Shown here piece after piece: positions 1 to 10,362 of a stretch of 63,900 nt of DNA. The position numbers and the translations under genes were made by a program. A model generated the notes under the pieces. That model was not told where the DNA came from, made no database searches, and was given only the letters and a program-made list of their open reading frames with translations. Where the stretch lies: NCBI GenBank assembly GCA_001802655.1, contig MGZO01000130.1:32117-96016 (forward strand). The letters run 5' to 3'. Every line of letters begins with the position of its first letter. Position 1 is the stretch's first letter. This stretch comes from Hydrogenophilales bacterium RIFOXYD1_FULL_62_11. Its GTDB lineage: Bacteria; Pseudomonadota; Gammaproteobacteria; Burkholderiales; Thiobacillaceae.

Positions 1-276
1 GCCGCCGTCGGTGCCGCCACCGGTGCCGTGGTGGGCGACCGCTGGAATGGTCGTGGCGTGACCACCGAGTCGCGCCCCACTCAGGTCGAGCGTTGCACCC
101 TCCACGACAACACCCGCCAGGTGTTGATCGGATACGACGTGCGCTACCGCTTCAACGGTCGCGAATTCATGACTCGCCTGCCCTATGACCCGGGCGAGTT
201 CCTCAAACTCAACGTGTCATACAGCATCGCAGAAGACCAGCGCGGCAATGGCTGGAAAAAAGGCCGGCGCAGTTGA
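1..276 (+). CDS. Glycine-zipper 2TM (YcfJ-like) protein, 5' truncated by the window edge
   Basis: Frame open from base 1: AAVGAATGAVVG glycine zipper, then ERC...GYDVRYRFNGREFMTRLPYDPG, typical of the YcfJ-like C-terminus. Confidence 0.75.
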   Translation, partial: AAVGAATGAVVGDRWNGRGVTTESRPTQVERCTLHDNTRQVLIGYDVRYRFNGREFMTRLPYDPGEFLKLNVSYSIAEDQRGNGWKKGRRS

Positions 277-320
277 GCCGTCCGCGCAATCCCTCCCCAC
301 TTCATGAAAGGAAACAGATC

Positions 321-692
321 ATGTTACGCACCACTTTGATTGCTGCACTTTTGCTCACGCCTGTCGCTGCGCTCGCCTCAGGTGACCGCCACGGTTACGG
401 AGACGGTTATGGCGACCGCTACAGCGCTCCAAGCCGCGTTGTCGTGACCCAGCCGCGCGTTGCCATCTCCATCGGCGGCGCCCCGTTCAACGGCTTCAAC
501 GCGTATTACCAGAGCGGTCCTCGCCATGTCGTCGCGGCGCCTTACTACTACGCGCCGGTGGTTGTGCGTGAACCCTATTACCGGGGTCATCGCGCCCAGC
601 ATCGCCATGCCCATCGCGACTGGCATGACGAGCGGAGAAATCACCGCAATCACGATCGCCGTCACGACAACCGCCGTGGCTGGGATGATTGA
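321..692 (+). CDS. Secreted hypothetical protein with His/Arg-rich C-terminus
   Basis: AAGGA RBS before ATG 321; signal peptide MLRTTLIAALLLTPVAALA; low-complexity Tyr/Pro and His/Arg segments. Confidence 0.7.
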   Translation: MLRTTLIAALLLTPVAALASGDRHGYGDGYGDRYSAPSRVVVTQPRVAISIGGAPFNGFNAYYQSGPRHVVAAPYYYAPVVVREPYYRGHRAQHRHAHRDWHDERRNHRNHDRRHDNRRGWDD

Positions 693-710
693 GTCCCGCT
701 GACCGCAAGT

Positions 711-742
711 AAAAAAGCCGCCTCAAACCGAGGCGGCTTTTT
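711..742. terminator. Bidirectional intrinsic terminator
   Basis: AAAAAAGCCGCCTC-aaacc-GAGGCGGCTTTTT between convergent genes. Confidence 0.9.
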
Positions 743-754
743 CATGGGCGGGGC

Positions 755-1501
755 TTATTCGTGATGGACGACGAAGGCCAGTTCGGTGCTGAAGTTGCCC
801 ACGCCGCGATGGTTGGTCAGCGTCCACCCAATGTCTTTAAGGTACGTCGTCATCTCGCGCGTCATCTCCGGGTTGCCGCAGATCATCACGCGGTCGTGCT
901 CGGGGTCGGGCAAGGGCAGTCCGAGACTGTGCGACAGGGCCCCGGAGCGGAACAGGTCGGCCCCGCGTTCGGGCGTGGCAAACGCTTCGCGCGTCACTGT
1001 CGGCACGTAATGCAACTGCGGGTTGCCCATGGTTTCGAGTTCGGCGCGGTAGGCCAGTTCGGCCACGCTGCGCACCGAATGCACCAGCACCACCTGTTCA
1101 AACCGCACATAGGTGGCCGGATCGCGCACCAGGCTGATGAAGGGCGCGAGGCCGGTGCCGGTCGCCAGCATGTACAGCGTCCGTCCGGGCAACACATGGT
1201 TCAGGGTGAGCGATCCGGTGGCCTTGCTGTTCACCCACACCGAACTGCCCGGCTGGACATGCACCAACTGGCTGGTGAGCGGGCCATCCGGCACGTGAAT
1301 ACTGAGAAATTCCAGATGGTCGCGGTCGGCGGTCGACACGATGGAATACGCACGTGCCACCAGCTTGCCTTCGCGCTTGAGCCCAAGCGTGACGAACTCG
1401 CCATTGGCAAACTCAAAATCTTGCGGACGGGTGAGCGTGAAGCTGAAGGTTTTGTCCGACCAGGTGCGAACGGACTGCACGGTTTGTTCACTGTAGGGCA
1501 T
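755..1501 (-). CDS. fpr: Ferredoxin--NADP+ reductase
   Basis: RAYSIVS, DGPLTSQL, ATGTGLAPF and ICGNPEM motifs. Confidence 0.9.
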   Translation of the reverse strand: MPYSEQTVQSVRTWSDKTFSFTLTRPQDFEFANGEFVTLGLKREGKLVARAYSIVSTADRDHLEFLSIHVPDGPLTSQLVHVQPGSSVWVNSKATGSLTLNHVLPGRTLYMLATGTGLAPFISLVRDPATYVRFEQVVLVHSVRSVAELAYRAELETMGNPQLHYVPTVTREAFATPERGADLFRSGALSHSLGLPLPDPEHDRVMICGNPEMTREMTTYLKDIGWTLTNHRGVGNFSTELAFVVHHE

Positions 1502-1510
1502 GGTGGTTCC

Positions 1511-2725
1511 TCAACGTGATTGTTTCCAGGCGTCGACTGCTGTCGCGCGTGCGTGGAATACCGCTTCGCGCACCTTGTCTGGCGCAGACGCCCGAGCTAC
1601 TGCGCCAGCATCGACCGCGCGCGCAACCGCAAGCGCCTGCGCCAAAAAATCCGCTGCGGGAAAATCCCGTGTTTCATAGCCGGGTCGGCCACGAAAATCA
1701 CATTCGCAGGCCTGCAAAAACTCGGTGAAGCGGTCCGGGCGGCGAAACGCGTCGACGCGTTCGAGCAGTTCGACGATCGTGGCTGCGCGAAGTTCCAGCG
1801 CGCGGTGCGCGTTGCCGTGGTCGCGCGCGACCGCAACCGCGAGATCACGGCAATCGGCTGGAACCCGGATGCGTTCGCACAAAGCCCGCACCAGGTCGAC
1901 GCTTTTCGCTTCGTGGCCGTGATGTTTCGGCCATAACTCGGGTGGCGTCACGCCCTTACCCAGATCGTGCGTCAGCGCGGCGAAGCGCACCGGCAGACTG
2001 AACCCGTGTTGCGCAGCCCAATCGACGACGAGCATGACGTGGATGCCGGTATCAATTTCAGGATGATGGGCGGGCGGTTGCGGCACACCAAACAGGCGGT
2101 CGATTTCCGGGAACAGTCGGGCCAGCGCGCCGCAGTCGCGCAGCACCCGGAACATGCGCGACGGCTGCGCTTCCATCAGTCCGCGCGCGATTTCCTGCCA
2201 TACGCGTTCAGGCACCAGCGCATCGACTTCACCGTTATCCACCATCTGCCGCATCAGCGCGTTGGTTTCCGCCGCCACGGTGAACGCGGTGAAGCGGGCA
2301 GCAAAACGCGCCACCCGCAGGATCCGCACCGGGTCTTCGGCAAACGCCTCGCTCACATGACGGAAAGTATGCGTGACCAGATCGCGCTGGCCGCCGTAGG
2401 GATCAATCAAGGCGCCGTCGCTGTCCTCGGCGATGGCGTTGATGGTGAGGTCGCGGCGCGACAGATCCTCCTCCAGCGTCACGTCGGGCGAGGCATGAAC
2501 GGTAAAGCCTTTGTAGCCTGCGCCGGACTTGCGTTCAGTGCGCGCCAGCGCGTATTCGGCGTGGGTGCCGGGATGCAGAAAAACCGGAAAGTCCTTGCCG
2601 ACCGGCTGGTAACCCAGCGCCACCATCTGCTCGGGCGTGGCGCCGACGACCACGTAGTCGCGATCGGCTACGGGCAGGCCCAGCAAACGGTCGCGCACGG
2701 CACCGCCGACAACGTAGGATTTCAT
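1511..2725 (-). CDS. cca: Multifunctional CCA tRNA nucleotidyltransferase
   Basis: [31 protein letters not shown] domain (THDLGKG); start set at ATG 2725. Confidence 0.95.
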   Translation of the reverse strand: MKSYVVGGAVRDRLLGLPVADRDYVVVGATPEQMVALGYQPVGKDFPVFLHPGTHAEYALARTERKSGAGYKGFTVHASPDVTLEEDLSRRDLTINAIAEDSDGALIDPYGGQRDLVTHTFRHVSEAFAEDPVRILRVARFAARFTAFTVAAETNALMRQMVDNGEVDALVPERVWQEIARGLMEAQPSRMFRVLRDCGALARLFPEIDRLFGVPQPPAHHPEIDTGIHVMLVVDWAAQHGFSLPVRFAALTHDLGKGVTPPELWPKHHGHEAKSVDLVRALCERIRVPADCRDLAVAVARDHGNAHRALELRAATIVELLERVDAFRRPDRFTEFLQACECDFRGRPGYETRDFPAADFLAQALAVARAVDAGAVARASAPDKVREAVFHARATAVDAWKQSR

Positions 2726-2898
2726 GAATCGAGGAAGCCACAGCCGGACGCATCCGAAGCTGTGGTTGGATGGAGGTGGGTGCCTGCCTCGAAGCCACGA
2801 AGCAGGCTGACGCGGCCGACATCCAGCAGGAGCCGCAGGCACGTGGCAATGTCACCCAAGCCGTGAATGTGAACGAAAGCTGTCAAGTCAGTATTCAT
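2722..2898 (-). CDS. Small hypothetical protein (58 aa)
   Basis: GAGG RBS before ATG 2898; stop overlaps the cca start (ATGA). Confidence 0.5.
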   Translation of the reverse strand: MNTDLTAFVHIHGLGDIATCLRLLLDVGRVSLLRGFEAGTHLHPTTASDASGCGFLDS

Positions 2899-2937
2899 GC
2901 AACCCTCATTGCGGTAACGGGCGATCAATTGCGGCTT

Positions 2938-3159
2938 TCAGGGTAAAGGGCTGGCGGCCTCCCAGCGTGCAATTGCTGCACGCGCCCGCTCATAATCATC
3001 CTCGCCAACAAGCAGACGCACAAAGCCCTGCGCCGGCAGCTCGCCCATGCCGCCCTGCAGATACGCACCGACTACCTGGGTAGCGATTCCCTCCTGCATG
3101 AGAAACCCCTGCAGAATATGGGCTTCAATCGAATTCGACGCTTCGTACACGGTCCGCAT
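2938..3159 (-). CDS. DUF2007-family small protein
   Basis: VYEASNSIEAHILQGFL..EGI...GELP...VRLLV..DDYERAR pattern. Confidence 0.8.
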   Translation of the reverse strand: MRTVYEASNSIEAHILQGFLMQEGIATQVVGAYLQGGMGELPAQGFVRLLVGEDDYERARAAIARWEAASPLP

Positions 3160-3162
3160 ACA

Positions 3163-4200
3163 TCAACGCCCGGCGTTCTCCCGATAGCCTTCATAACGCG
3201 CACGTGGCGAATCGGCATTCAGATATTCAGGCGCGATGGCTTCGAGCGCGGCAGGCTGAAAGCCGAACACGTCGGGCCAGCCGCCCTTGCAGACGTTATC
3301 GGTGCACATGGCGTAAAAGTTGTCGCGCGTCATCAGCTTTTTGCCGGGCTTGAATTCCAGCGCCCAGGCTTGGAGGTAGGAGCAGAAATTACACAGCGAA
3401 AAAATGCTGCGCTTTTTGCCGATGACTTCACCGACGTAGCTCACCAGTTCTTTCAGGGTGTAGGCCTTGGGCCCGCACAAATCGTAGCTCTGGCCATAGG
3501 TCGCCGTGTTGTCGAGGCTGTCGGCAAAGGCGCGCGCGACGTCGTCCACGTGCACCGGCGCAAAGCGTGCATTCGCATTGCCCAGCGGCATGATGGGGAA
3601 AGTTTTGAGCAGGCGGGCGAACATGGTCAGGAACGAATCACCCCGGCCAAAAATCACCGACGGGCGGAAAATCGTGATATTCAGGCCATAGCCATGGATC
3701 AGCTTGGGGCCATTGAGATACCAGCTTTCGTGCTCGATGTGGTGCATCCCGGACTCGCGCACCAGGAACTCGGCCACGCCCTTGGAACGCTGGTAGGCCG
3801 AGCGCGAGTTGGGATGCGCACCCAGCGCGCTCATGTGCAGCAAACGATGCACGCCGGCTTCGCCACAGGCGTGGATCACCTTGCGCGGCAGTTCGATATG
3901 GGTTTGATGGAAGTCGCCGCGCCGTGCGCTCGGCAGGTCGACGCGGCCGATCTTGTCCTCATGCAGGATGCCCACCAGATTGATCACGGCATCCATGCCC
4001 CGGAACTGGCGGATCAGCTCCTGCTGATCGTGCACGTCAGCCTCGACCACTTCAACCGTGGGCAGCAGGATCAGTTCCTTGGCCATTTCGCGACGGTGGC
4101 TGAGCACACGAACCTGAAGGCCACGGGCGGCGAGCTGGCTGACGAGATGCGTACCGACAAAGCCGGAACCGCCCAGAATGCAAATGCGTTCAATCTTCAT
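3163..4200 (-). CDS. Complex I NDUFA9-like NAD(P)-dependent epimerase/dehydratase
   Basis: ILGGSGFVG Rossmann motif, NLVGIL, HMSALGA, YQRSK, FRPSVIFG. Confidence 0.9.
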   Translation of the reverse strand: MKIERICILGGSGFVGTHLVSQLAARGLQVRVLSHRREMAKELILLPTVEVVEADVHDQQELIRQFRGMDAVINLVGILHEDKIGRVDLPSARRGDFHQTHIELPRKVIHACGEAGVHRLLHMSALGAHPNSRSAYQRSKGVAEFLVRESGMHHIEHESWYLNGPKLIHGYGLNITIFRPSVIFGRGDSFLTMFARLLKTFPIMPLGNANARFAPVHVDDVARAFADSLDNTATYGQSYDLCGPKAYTLKELVSYVGEVIGKKRSIFSLCNFCSYLQAWALEFKPGKKLMTRDNFYAMCTDNVCKGGWPDVFGFQPAALEAIAPEYLNADSPRARYEGYRENAGR

Positions 4201-4277
4201 GATTATTTAAGGTTATCTGTATATAAGACGATCCTGATTTTAGCGCGGAACGCCTCCATTGCGCGCGACTTGCCCGT

Positions 4278-6200
4278 TCACGACGGACTTGCAGCCGGGG
4301 TCTTGCGCGGCGGCACCACACCCAGCCGGTCTTTCAGCAGCACCGAAGGCTGGCCGAAACGCGCAGCGTAATACATGGCGTTGCTCATCACTTTTTTTAC
4401 GTAGTCGCGGGTTTCAGCAAACGGGATCGATTCAATATAAACAGCAGCCTCCATCGGCTGATTGCCACGCCAGCGCTGCGCGCGTCCCGGGCCGGCATTG
4501 TAGGCGGCGGTGGCGAGCACCGGCGAGCCATCCAGGCTGGTCTGCACATGCTTCAGGTAATACGAGCCGAACTGGATATTGCGGGCGGGATCCTGCATTT
4601 CGCTGGTGTTGAATCGCTTGATACCCAGCCGCTGCGCAATCCAGCGCGCAGTAGCCGGCATGATCTGCATCAGTCCGGATGCCCCGACCCCGGAGCGGGC
4701 AACATTGATGAAGCGGCTTTCCTGCCGCATCAGGCCAAACACCCAGGCTTCATCGATCTGGTTATCGCGCGCAGCCTGCTGCGCCAGCTCGCGATACGGT
4801 GCCAGAAAACGCAGCTCGAAATCATGCAGTTCGCGGGTACGTTCAGCGGTGTTGATGGCGCGGTCATACCACGCCATCTGCCGTGCCAACTCGGCGGCGG
4901 CCAGCAACTGGGTGTCGGTAAATGACTGGATCGTCCAGTTCCATTCCAGCGCGGCATCGCTGCGCAAGCCGAGGTCATACAAAGCCCGCGCCCGTGCAAT
5001 GCCAGGGTTGCGCGCAATGGCCGCGAGGTTTTCGCCACCGGTTTTGACATTGATCTGCGGTGCCTGCATCACCGGCCCCAGTTCTTCCTGCGCCAGTTGA
5101 CCGTAGTAGTGATGCTCGCGCGCCAGTGCCAGAAAAATCGCATTCGCTGCCTGCCGCTGGTTGTTGGCCTGTAGCGCGCGCGCGCGCCAGTAACGCCAGA
5201 CAGCCTGCGTACGGGTCGCCTCGCCCATGCTCTCGATCACCCGTTGCACGCTCGGCCAATCGCCTGCTCGCAACGCAACACGCACCCACCATTCGCGCTG
5301 AAAATCAGTGACGGCAACAGTGCCCGCCCGGGGGTACCAGTCCAGTGCGACCGGCTCATGACGGCGTGCTGCCCAGGTGGCCAGACGCGCCCAGGCAGCT
5401 TGCTGCTCGGCCTCGTTCAATTTCGAGGCGATTTTCTGCAGTGCCGACTCGGCCGAACGGGAGTTGCTTTTTGCGACCTGATCCAGCGCATACAAGGCCA
5501 GCTCGCGCTCGCCTCGCTGGTTGAGGTCCAGTTTGCCACTGCTCAGCAGTCGTGCCGGATCGCGCGCCGCCTGATCGAACGCGCTCGCAGCGGTGCGCTG
5601 CGCTTCCGGCAGGGCACGGGACACGGCCTGCCCCACCCGTAGATTGCCTGCATCCAGCGCCAGCCGCATGCGCCGCCACACATCCTCTTCATTGATAAGC
5701 CCGGCATCCATCAACTGGCTGAACAATGGATCGCAGGCATTCGGCAAATCCCGTCCACTGAACCACAACGCCACCGCCTCGCGTACATGGCTGCGATTGC
5801 CCTGCGCCCATTCGGCACGATAGGCATAGCACTGATGCGCGACATCGGATTTGACCAGACGCGGATACTCCGCCAGGTATTGCGGCCAGGCTGCCCGTGC
5901 GCCCAGGGACTTGAGCCAGTCGGCGCGAACGGATTCGGCCAGGCGGCTGTCCGGATAGCGCGCCAGAAAATCGACAATGCGTGCCTCATCAGCCCGCCCC
6001 GACAGCATCAGACGCCAATACTCGACATAGGGTGACAACACGTGATCAGCTGGCACCTCAGCCGCAGCGCGTTCGAGGTTTGCCACCTGCCGCGCGCCAT
6101 AGGCTGCATGCGCACGCTGTACAGCCGCATCACCTGTTTCTGCCCAGACCGGTAATGCGGCAAACAGGCTCAGGATCAAAACGTAAAGAAATTTCATCAT
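4278..6200 (-). CDS. slt: Soluble lytic murein transglycosylase (Slt70-like)
   Basis: Signal peptide; RQESRF, GASGLMQIMP, AAYNAGPG and IPFAETRDYV motifs. Confidence 0.93.
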   Translation of the reverse strand: MMKFLYVLILSLFAALPVWAETGDAAVQRAHAAYGARQVANLERAAAEVPADHVLSPYVEYWRLMLSGRADEARIVDFLARYPDSRLAESVRADWLKSLGARAAWPQYLAEYPRLVKSDVAHQCYAYRAEWAQGNRSHVREAVALWFSGRDLPNACDPLFSQLMDAGLINEEDVWRRMRLALDAGNLRVGQAVSRALPEAQRTAASAFDQAARDPARLLSSGKLDLNQRGERELALYALDQVAKSNSRSAESALQKIASKLNEAEQQAAWARLATWAARRHEPVALDWYPRAGTVAVTDFQREWWVRVALRAGDWPSVQRVIESMGEATRTQAVWRYWRARALQANNQRQAANAIFLALAREHHYYGQLAQEELGPVMQAPQINVKTGGENLAAIARNPGIARARALYDLGLRSDAALEWNWTIQSFTDTQLLAAAELARQMAWYDRAINTAERTRELHDFELRFLAPYRELAQQAARDNQIDEAWVFGLMRQESRFINVARSGVGASGLMQIMPATARWIAQRLGIKRFNTSEMQDPARNIQFGSYYLKHVQTSLDGSPVLATAAYNAGPGRAQRWRGNQPMEAAVYIESIPFAETRDYVKKVMSNAMYYAARFGQPSVLLKDRLGVVPPRKTPAASPS

Positions 6201-6229
6201 GGATCGAGGTTAACACGCAGCCGTTTCCA

Positions 6230-6490
6230 GCAAACAAGGCGAGGGTGCCATCCGCCGCAAGCGGTGCCTGGCGTGCGCGCCAGAATCCAATAGACCGCAA
6301 TTAATCCAAAGGTTTGATCCCGTTTTTGAATTTTTCACGGTGCGGCGTGTGCAACAGGTCAGGGCGTTTGACTTTACGTCCGCCAGCACGCGTGCCCAGC
6401 GAGAAAACCATTCGCCTCTGCATACGGCCTCGCCCCACTTGCCAGGGCGCCGACGTCCTGCCCGGCAGGAACGCCTGCGGCATCCGGATA
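6230..6490 (+). pseudogene. Possible decayed 5-formyltetrahydrofolate cyclo-ligase (ygfA) remnant
   Basis: Frameshifted fragments resembling G.C...G(E)FDLRP and N..GI(P)E; position divergent from slt. Confidence 0.3.
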
Positions 6491-6494
6491 TCAC

Positions 6495-8012
6495 TCAGGC
6501 CAGAAAAAGCCGGTACGCAGGATTGTGCGACTCGTCCCAGTAACGGTAGCCCAGCCCCTCCAGAAACGTCTGGAAGCTGGGCTTTTCCTTGTCCGGCACC
6601 TGGATGCCCACCAGCACACGGCCATGGTCGGCCCCATGGTTGCGGTAGTGGAACAGGCTGATGTTCCAGCCCTGACTCATGCTTTCAAGAAAGCGCATCA
6701 GCGCGCCGGGGCGCTCGGGAAACTCGAAGCGGTACAGCACTTCGTTGACCGCATCGGGTGCGCGCCCGCCCACCAGATGGCGAATGTGCAGCTTGGCCAT
6801 TTCGTTGTCGGAGAGATCGAGCGCGTCGATGCCGTGGCGCTTGAGCAATTCGACCACCCGCTTGCCTTCGCCTGCACCCGGCACGGACAGACCGACAAAC
6901 ACGCGCGCGGTTTTGGGGTCGGAAAAGCGGTAGTTGAACTCAGTGATGTTGCGCGCGCCCAGCAACGAGCAAAAGGTCTTGAAACTGCCCGGCGTTTCGG
7001 GAATGGTGACAGCCAGCACGGCTTCCCGCTGTTCACCCAGTTCCGCACGTTCGGCGATATAGCGCAGGCGATCGAAATTCATGTTGGCACCGGATGCCAC
7101 CGCGACCAGCGTCTTGCCCTTGAGCTTGCCGCTGGCAATGGCCGCCTTCATCCCGGCGATCGACAGCGCGCCCGCTGGTTCCAGGATCGAACGCGTGTCT
7201 TCGAACACATCCTTGATCGCGGCACAGATGGCGTCGTTATTCACGCGGATGATTTCGTCCACGTACAGCTGGGTCAGCCGGAAGGTTTCCTTGCCGACCA
7301 GCTTCACCGCCACGCCGTCGGCAAAAATACCCACGCGCGACAGCGTGACGCGCTCGCCTGCTTCCAGCGAGCGCGCCATCGCGTCGGCGTCTTCGGGCTC
7401 GACGCCGACAATGCGGATGTCCGGCCGCAGACGCTTGATGTAAGCCGCCATGCCGGCGATCAACCCGCCGCCGCCGACCGGGATGTAGACCGAGTGGATG
7501 GGCCCCGGATGCTGGCGCAGCAATTCCATCGCCACCGTGCCCTGCCCGGCGATGACATCGGGGTCGTCGTAGGGGTGCACGAAAGTGGCCTTGGCTTCCT
7601 TGGCAAACTCCATGGCATGGGCGTATGCATCGTCGTAACTGTCTCCATGCAAGACCACCTGCGCGTTGCGCGCCAGCACCGCATCGACCTTGATTTTCGG
7701 CGTGGTGGCCGGCATCACGATGGTGGCCGAGACACCCAGCTTCTGCGCCGCCAGCGCCACCCCCTGCGCGTGATTGCCGGCCGAGGCCGCAACCACGCCA
7801 CGCGCCAGCTGGGCAGGGCTCAGCCGCACCATCTTGTTGTAGGCGCCGCGACACTTGAACGAGAACACCGGCTGCAGGTCTTCGCGCTTCAGCAAAACCG
7901 TGTTGCCGAGCCGCCGCGACAGGTTGTGGGCGGGGTCGAGCGGCGATTCCACCGCGACATCGTAGACGCGCGAAGTGAGGATGCGTTCAAGGTAATCGTC
8001 GGGTTGGCTCAT
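6495..8012 (-). CDS. ilvA: Biosynthetic threonine ammonia-lyase
   Basis: KREDLQPVFSFKCRGA, SAGNHAQG, C-terminal regulatory domains (FEFPERPGAL). Confidence 0.97.
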   Translation of the reverse strand: MSQPDDYLERILTSRVYDVAVESPLDPAHNLSRRLGNTVLLKREDLQPVFSFKCRGAYNKMVRLSPAQLARGVVAASAGNHAQGVALAAQKLGVSATIVMPATTPKIKVDAVLARNAQVVLHGDSYDDAYAHAMEFAKEAKATFVHPYDDPDVIAGQGTVAMELLRQHPGPIHSVYIPVGGGGLIAGMAAYIKRLRPDIRIVGVEPEDADAMARSLEAGERVTLSRVGIFADGVAVKLVGKETFRLTQLYVDEIIRVNNDAICAAIKDVFEDTRSILEPAGALSIAGMKAAIASGKLKGKTLVAVASGANMNFDRLRYIAERAELGEQREAVLAVTIPETPGSFKTFCSLLGARNITEFNYRFSDPKTARVFVGLSVPGAGEGKRVVELLKRHGIDALDLSDNEMAKLHIRHLVGGRAPDAVNEVLYRFEFPERPGALMRFLESMSQGWNISLFHYRNHGADHGRVLVGIQVPDKEKPSFQTFLEGLGYRYWDESHNPAYRLFLA

Positions 8013-8081
8013 GGCGATGGTTTGAAAAAAGACAGCGATGCCGCTATCTTAGCGGGCTGAATTCAAATAGACGAAACCAAA

Positions 8082-8738
8082 ATGACTCAAGACGAAATGA
8101 AGCAAGCGGTAGCACGTGCTGCCGTGGAGTATGCCCGCGGCGGCATCATCGGCGTAGGTACGGGCTCGACCGCCAACTATTTCATCGACGCACTGGCTGA
8201 CGTGAAAGGCCGCATCGACGGCGCCGTCGCCAGCTCGGAAGCGACCGCTACCCGCCTGAAAAGCCATGGCATTCAGGTGCTAGATCTCAACAGCGTGGGC
8301 GAACTTGAAATCTACGTCGACGGCGCCGATGAAATCACCGAGCACTTCGCCATGATCAAGGGCGGTGGCGGCGCGCTGACACGCGAGAAAATCGTCGCGG
8401 CATGCAGCAAGCAATTCATCTGCATCGCCGACGAAAGTAAGCTGGTGGGTGTCATGGGGCAGTTCCCGCTGCCGGTCGAGGTGATTCCGATGGCACGTTC
8501 ATACGTGGCACGCGAACTGGTGAAGCTGGGCGGACAGCCGCGTCTGCGTGAGGGTTACACAACGGACAACGGCAATATCATTCTCGATGTGCACGGTCTG
8601 TCGATCATCGACCCGGTTTCACTGGAAACCGCGATCAATCACATTGTTGGCGTGGTCACCAATGGTCTGTTTGCGCGGCGTGGCGCGGATGTGTTGCTGC
8701 TGGGCACCGCCAGCGGCGTCAAGACCTACAAAAAATAA
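8082..8738 (+). CDS. rpiA: Ribose-5-phosphate isomerase A
   Basis: [24 protein letters not shown]. Confidence 0.97.
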   Translation: MTQDEMKQAVARAAVEYARGGIIGVGTGSTANYFIDALADVKGRIDGAVASSEATATRLKSHGIQVLDLNSVGELEIYVDGADEITEHFAMIKGGGGALTREKIVAACSKQFICIADESKLVGVMGQFPLPVEVIPMARSYVARELVKLGGQPRLREGYTTDNGNIILDVHGLSIIDPVSLETAINHIVGVVTNGLFARRGADVLLLGTASGVKTYKK

Positions 8739-8757
8739 AACCGTCCTTGCTTGCGCT

Positions 8758-8949
8758 TTATTGCGCAAGCGGAGGCGTGTCCTCGGATTCCGGTTCCTGC
8801 TCTTCAGCGGGCACGCGATATTTTTCCGTCGCCCACTGCCCAAGATCGATCAACTTGCAGCGTTCGCTGCAAAACGGTTTCCAGCGGTTCTCCGCGGTCC
8901 AGTTCACGGCCGCGTTACAGGTCGGGCAAGTCACCACCGGTATTTTCAT
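8758..8949 (-). CDS. yacG: DNA gyrase inhibitor YacG
   Basis: CPTC...[15 protein letters not shown] zinc finger. Confidence 0.93.
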   Translation of the reverse strand: MKIPVVTCPTCNAAVNWTAENRWKPFCSERCKLIDLGQWATEKYRVPAEEQEPESEDTPPLAQ

Positions 8950-9701
8950 AGCGTGCAGAAAGTCAGGTCGAAATCGATCGCCAGGTCGGAACAGACACGC
9001 ACCTGCCCGAAGCCCACCTGCACAAACCGGATGTTAAGCATGTATTTATTGGCGGAAATCTCCGGCACGCAGGGCAGCGCGTCGTCCAGCGTGACGCGGA
9101 TCAGCTGCGGGTTGCGCGATTCCAGCATGCGCTGATAGCTGCCGTTATCCGCGTGTTGCTGCTCGGGTCGACCGCTGTCTCGCAACAGGCCCAACACGAT
9201 ATCGATAGCTGAATGGATGGACGCAAACGGCAACAGCCAGCGTTGCAGTTGCTCCATGCGCTCCTCGGCAGGGCGATGTCGCCAGTAATGATAGGAAGGC
9301 AGATCAAATTCGCTCATGCCGCCGGGAATGGCCGCACGCTGCTTGACTGCCATCAACCATTCGTCCTCACGCAGGTGCTGGCCGACTTTTCCGGGCGTCT
9401 GGTGGATTTTATGATGGGTCGACTCGATTGCTGTCAGCACTTGCTCCAGAGTGGTGTCCTGCACGTGCGGATTGCCGCGCAGCGCCGCCAACACGCTTTT
9501 CTGCCGGTCCAGTTCCTGCAGCAAATCCGACTTGAGGTCAGCTCGCGCGGCCACCTCTGCCAGCTCGAACAAGGTCAGCAAGGCGGCATGATGAGCGGAC
9601 GAATCAGGTGAACCGGCATAGGCAGCAAAACGGTCGAACAAGTCTTCCAGCCGCAACAGGGTGCGGATACGTTCACTCAGAGGATATTCGTAATGGATCA
9701 C
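8946..9701 (-). CDS. zapD: Cell division protein ZapD
   Basis: [32 protein letters not shown]; GTG start at 9701; coaE-zapD-yacG synteny. Confidence 0.93.
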   Translation of the reverse strand: MIHYEYPLSERIRTLLRLEDLFDRFAAYAGSPDSSAHHAALLTLFELAEVAARADLKSDLLQELDRQKSVLAALRGNPHVQDTTLEQVLTAIESTHHKIHQTPGKVGQHLREDEWLMAVKQRAAIPGGMSEFDLPSYHYWRHRPAEERMEQLQRWLLPFASIHSAIDIVLGLLRDSGRPEQQHADNGSYQRMLESRNPQLIRVTLDDALPCVPEISANKYMLNIRFVQVGFGQVRVCSDLAIDFDLTFCTL

Positions 9702-9753
9702 ACCGCAGCGCACAGAGTTGAATCGGTCGATTGTCGCCGATTCAACTGAAAAA

Positions 9754-10362
9754 TCAAGGCATCGATTCTGCTGCAAGCTCCAGATAGCATTGATGCAGAT
9801 TAGCCACTTCAGCACGCAAGTCTTCAATTGACGCCGTGTTGAGGATGACATCATCCGCAACCGCCAGCCGTTCAGCGCGGGTCGCCTGTGCAGCGAGAAT
9901 CGCCAGGACCTCATCACGCGCCAGTCCGCTCCGGGACATCACCCGTGCAATCTGGATTTCTTCGGGACAATCGACCACCAGAATGCGTTTCAGCACCTCC
10001 CGGTAAGCGCCCGTCTCCACCAGCAGCGGGATCACCAGCAGCGCATAGCGTGCAGTCAGGTGCGCCAGCATCTGCTCGACACGCTGGCGGATGGCGGGAT
10101 GCAGGATGGCCTCAAGCTGATGCCGGGCAGCGGCGTCGGCGAACACGCGACGACGCAAGGCCACGCGATCCAGCGTGCCATCTGCCTGCATCAGGGGTTC
10201 GCCAAAAGCCGAACGAATGGCTTGCAGCGCCGCGCCGCCGGGGGCAGTCAATTCACGTGCGATGACATCCGTATCAATCACCGGCACCCCCAACGCCGCA
10301 AAGGCATCCGCGACCGTCGATTTACCGGATCCAATCCCGCCGGTCATGCCCACCACGTACAT
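9754..10362 (-). CDS. coaE: Dephospho-CoA kinase
   Basis: [11 protein letters not shown]-loop, LEAILHPAI. Confidence 0.95.
   Translation of the reverse strand: MYVVGMTGGIGSGKSTVADAFAALGVPVIDTDVIARELTAPGGAALQAIRSAFGEPLMQADGTLDRVALRRRVFADAAARHQLEAILHPAIRQRVEQMLAHLTARYALLVIPLLVETGAYREVLKRILVVDCPEEIQIARVMSRSGLARDEVLAILAAQATRAERLAVADDVILNTASIEDLRAEVANLHQCYLELAAESMP

Noticed and set aside
5174-5187. (GC)n dinucleotide run
   Set aside because: Encodes RARA within slt; not a repeat element.
6525-8060. 511-aa antisense ORF over ilvA, and similar ones over ctpA, pilTU, gshA and fpr
   Set aside because: Codon-register mirrors of real genes on the opposite strand.
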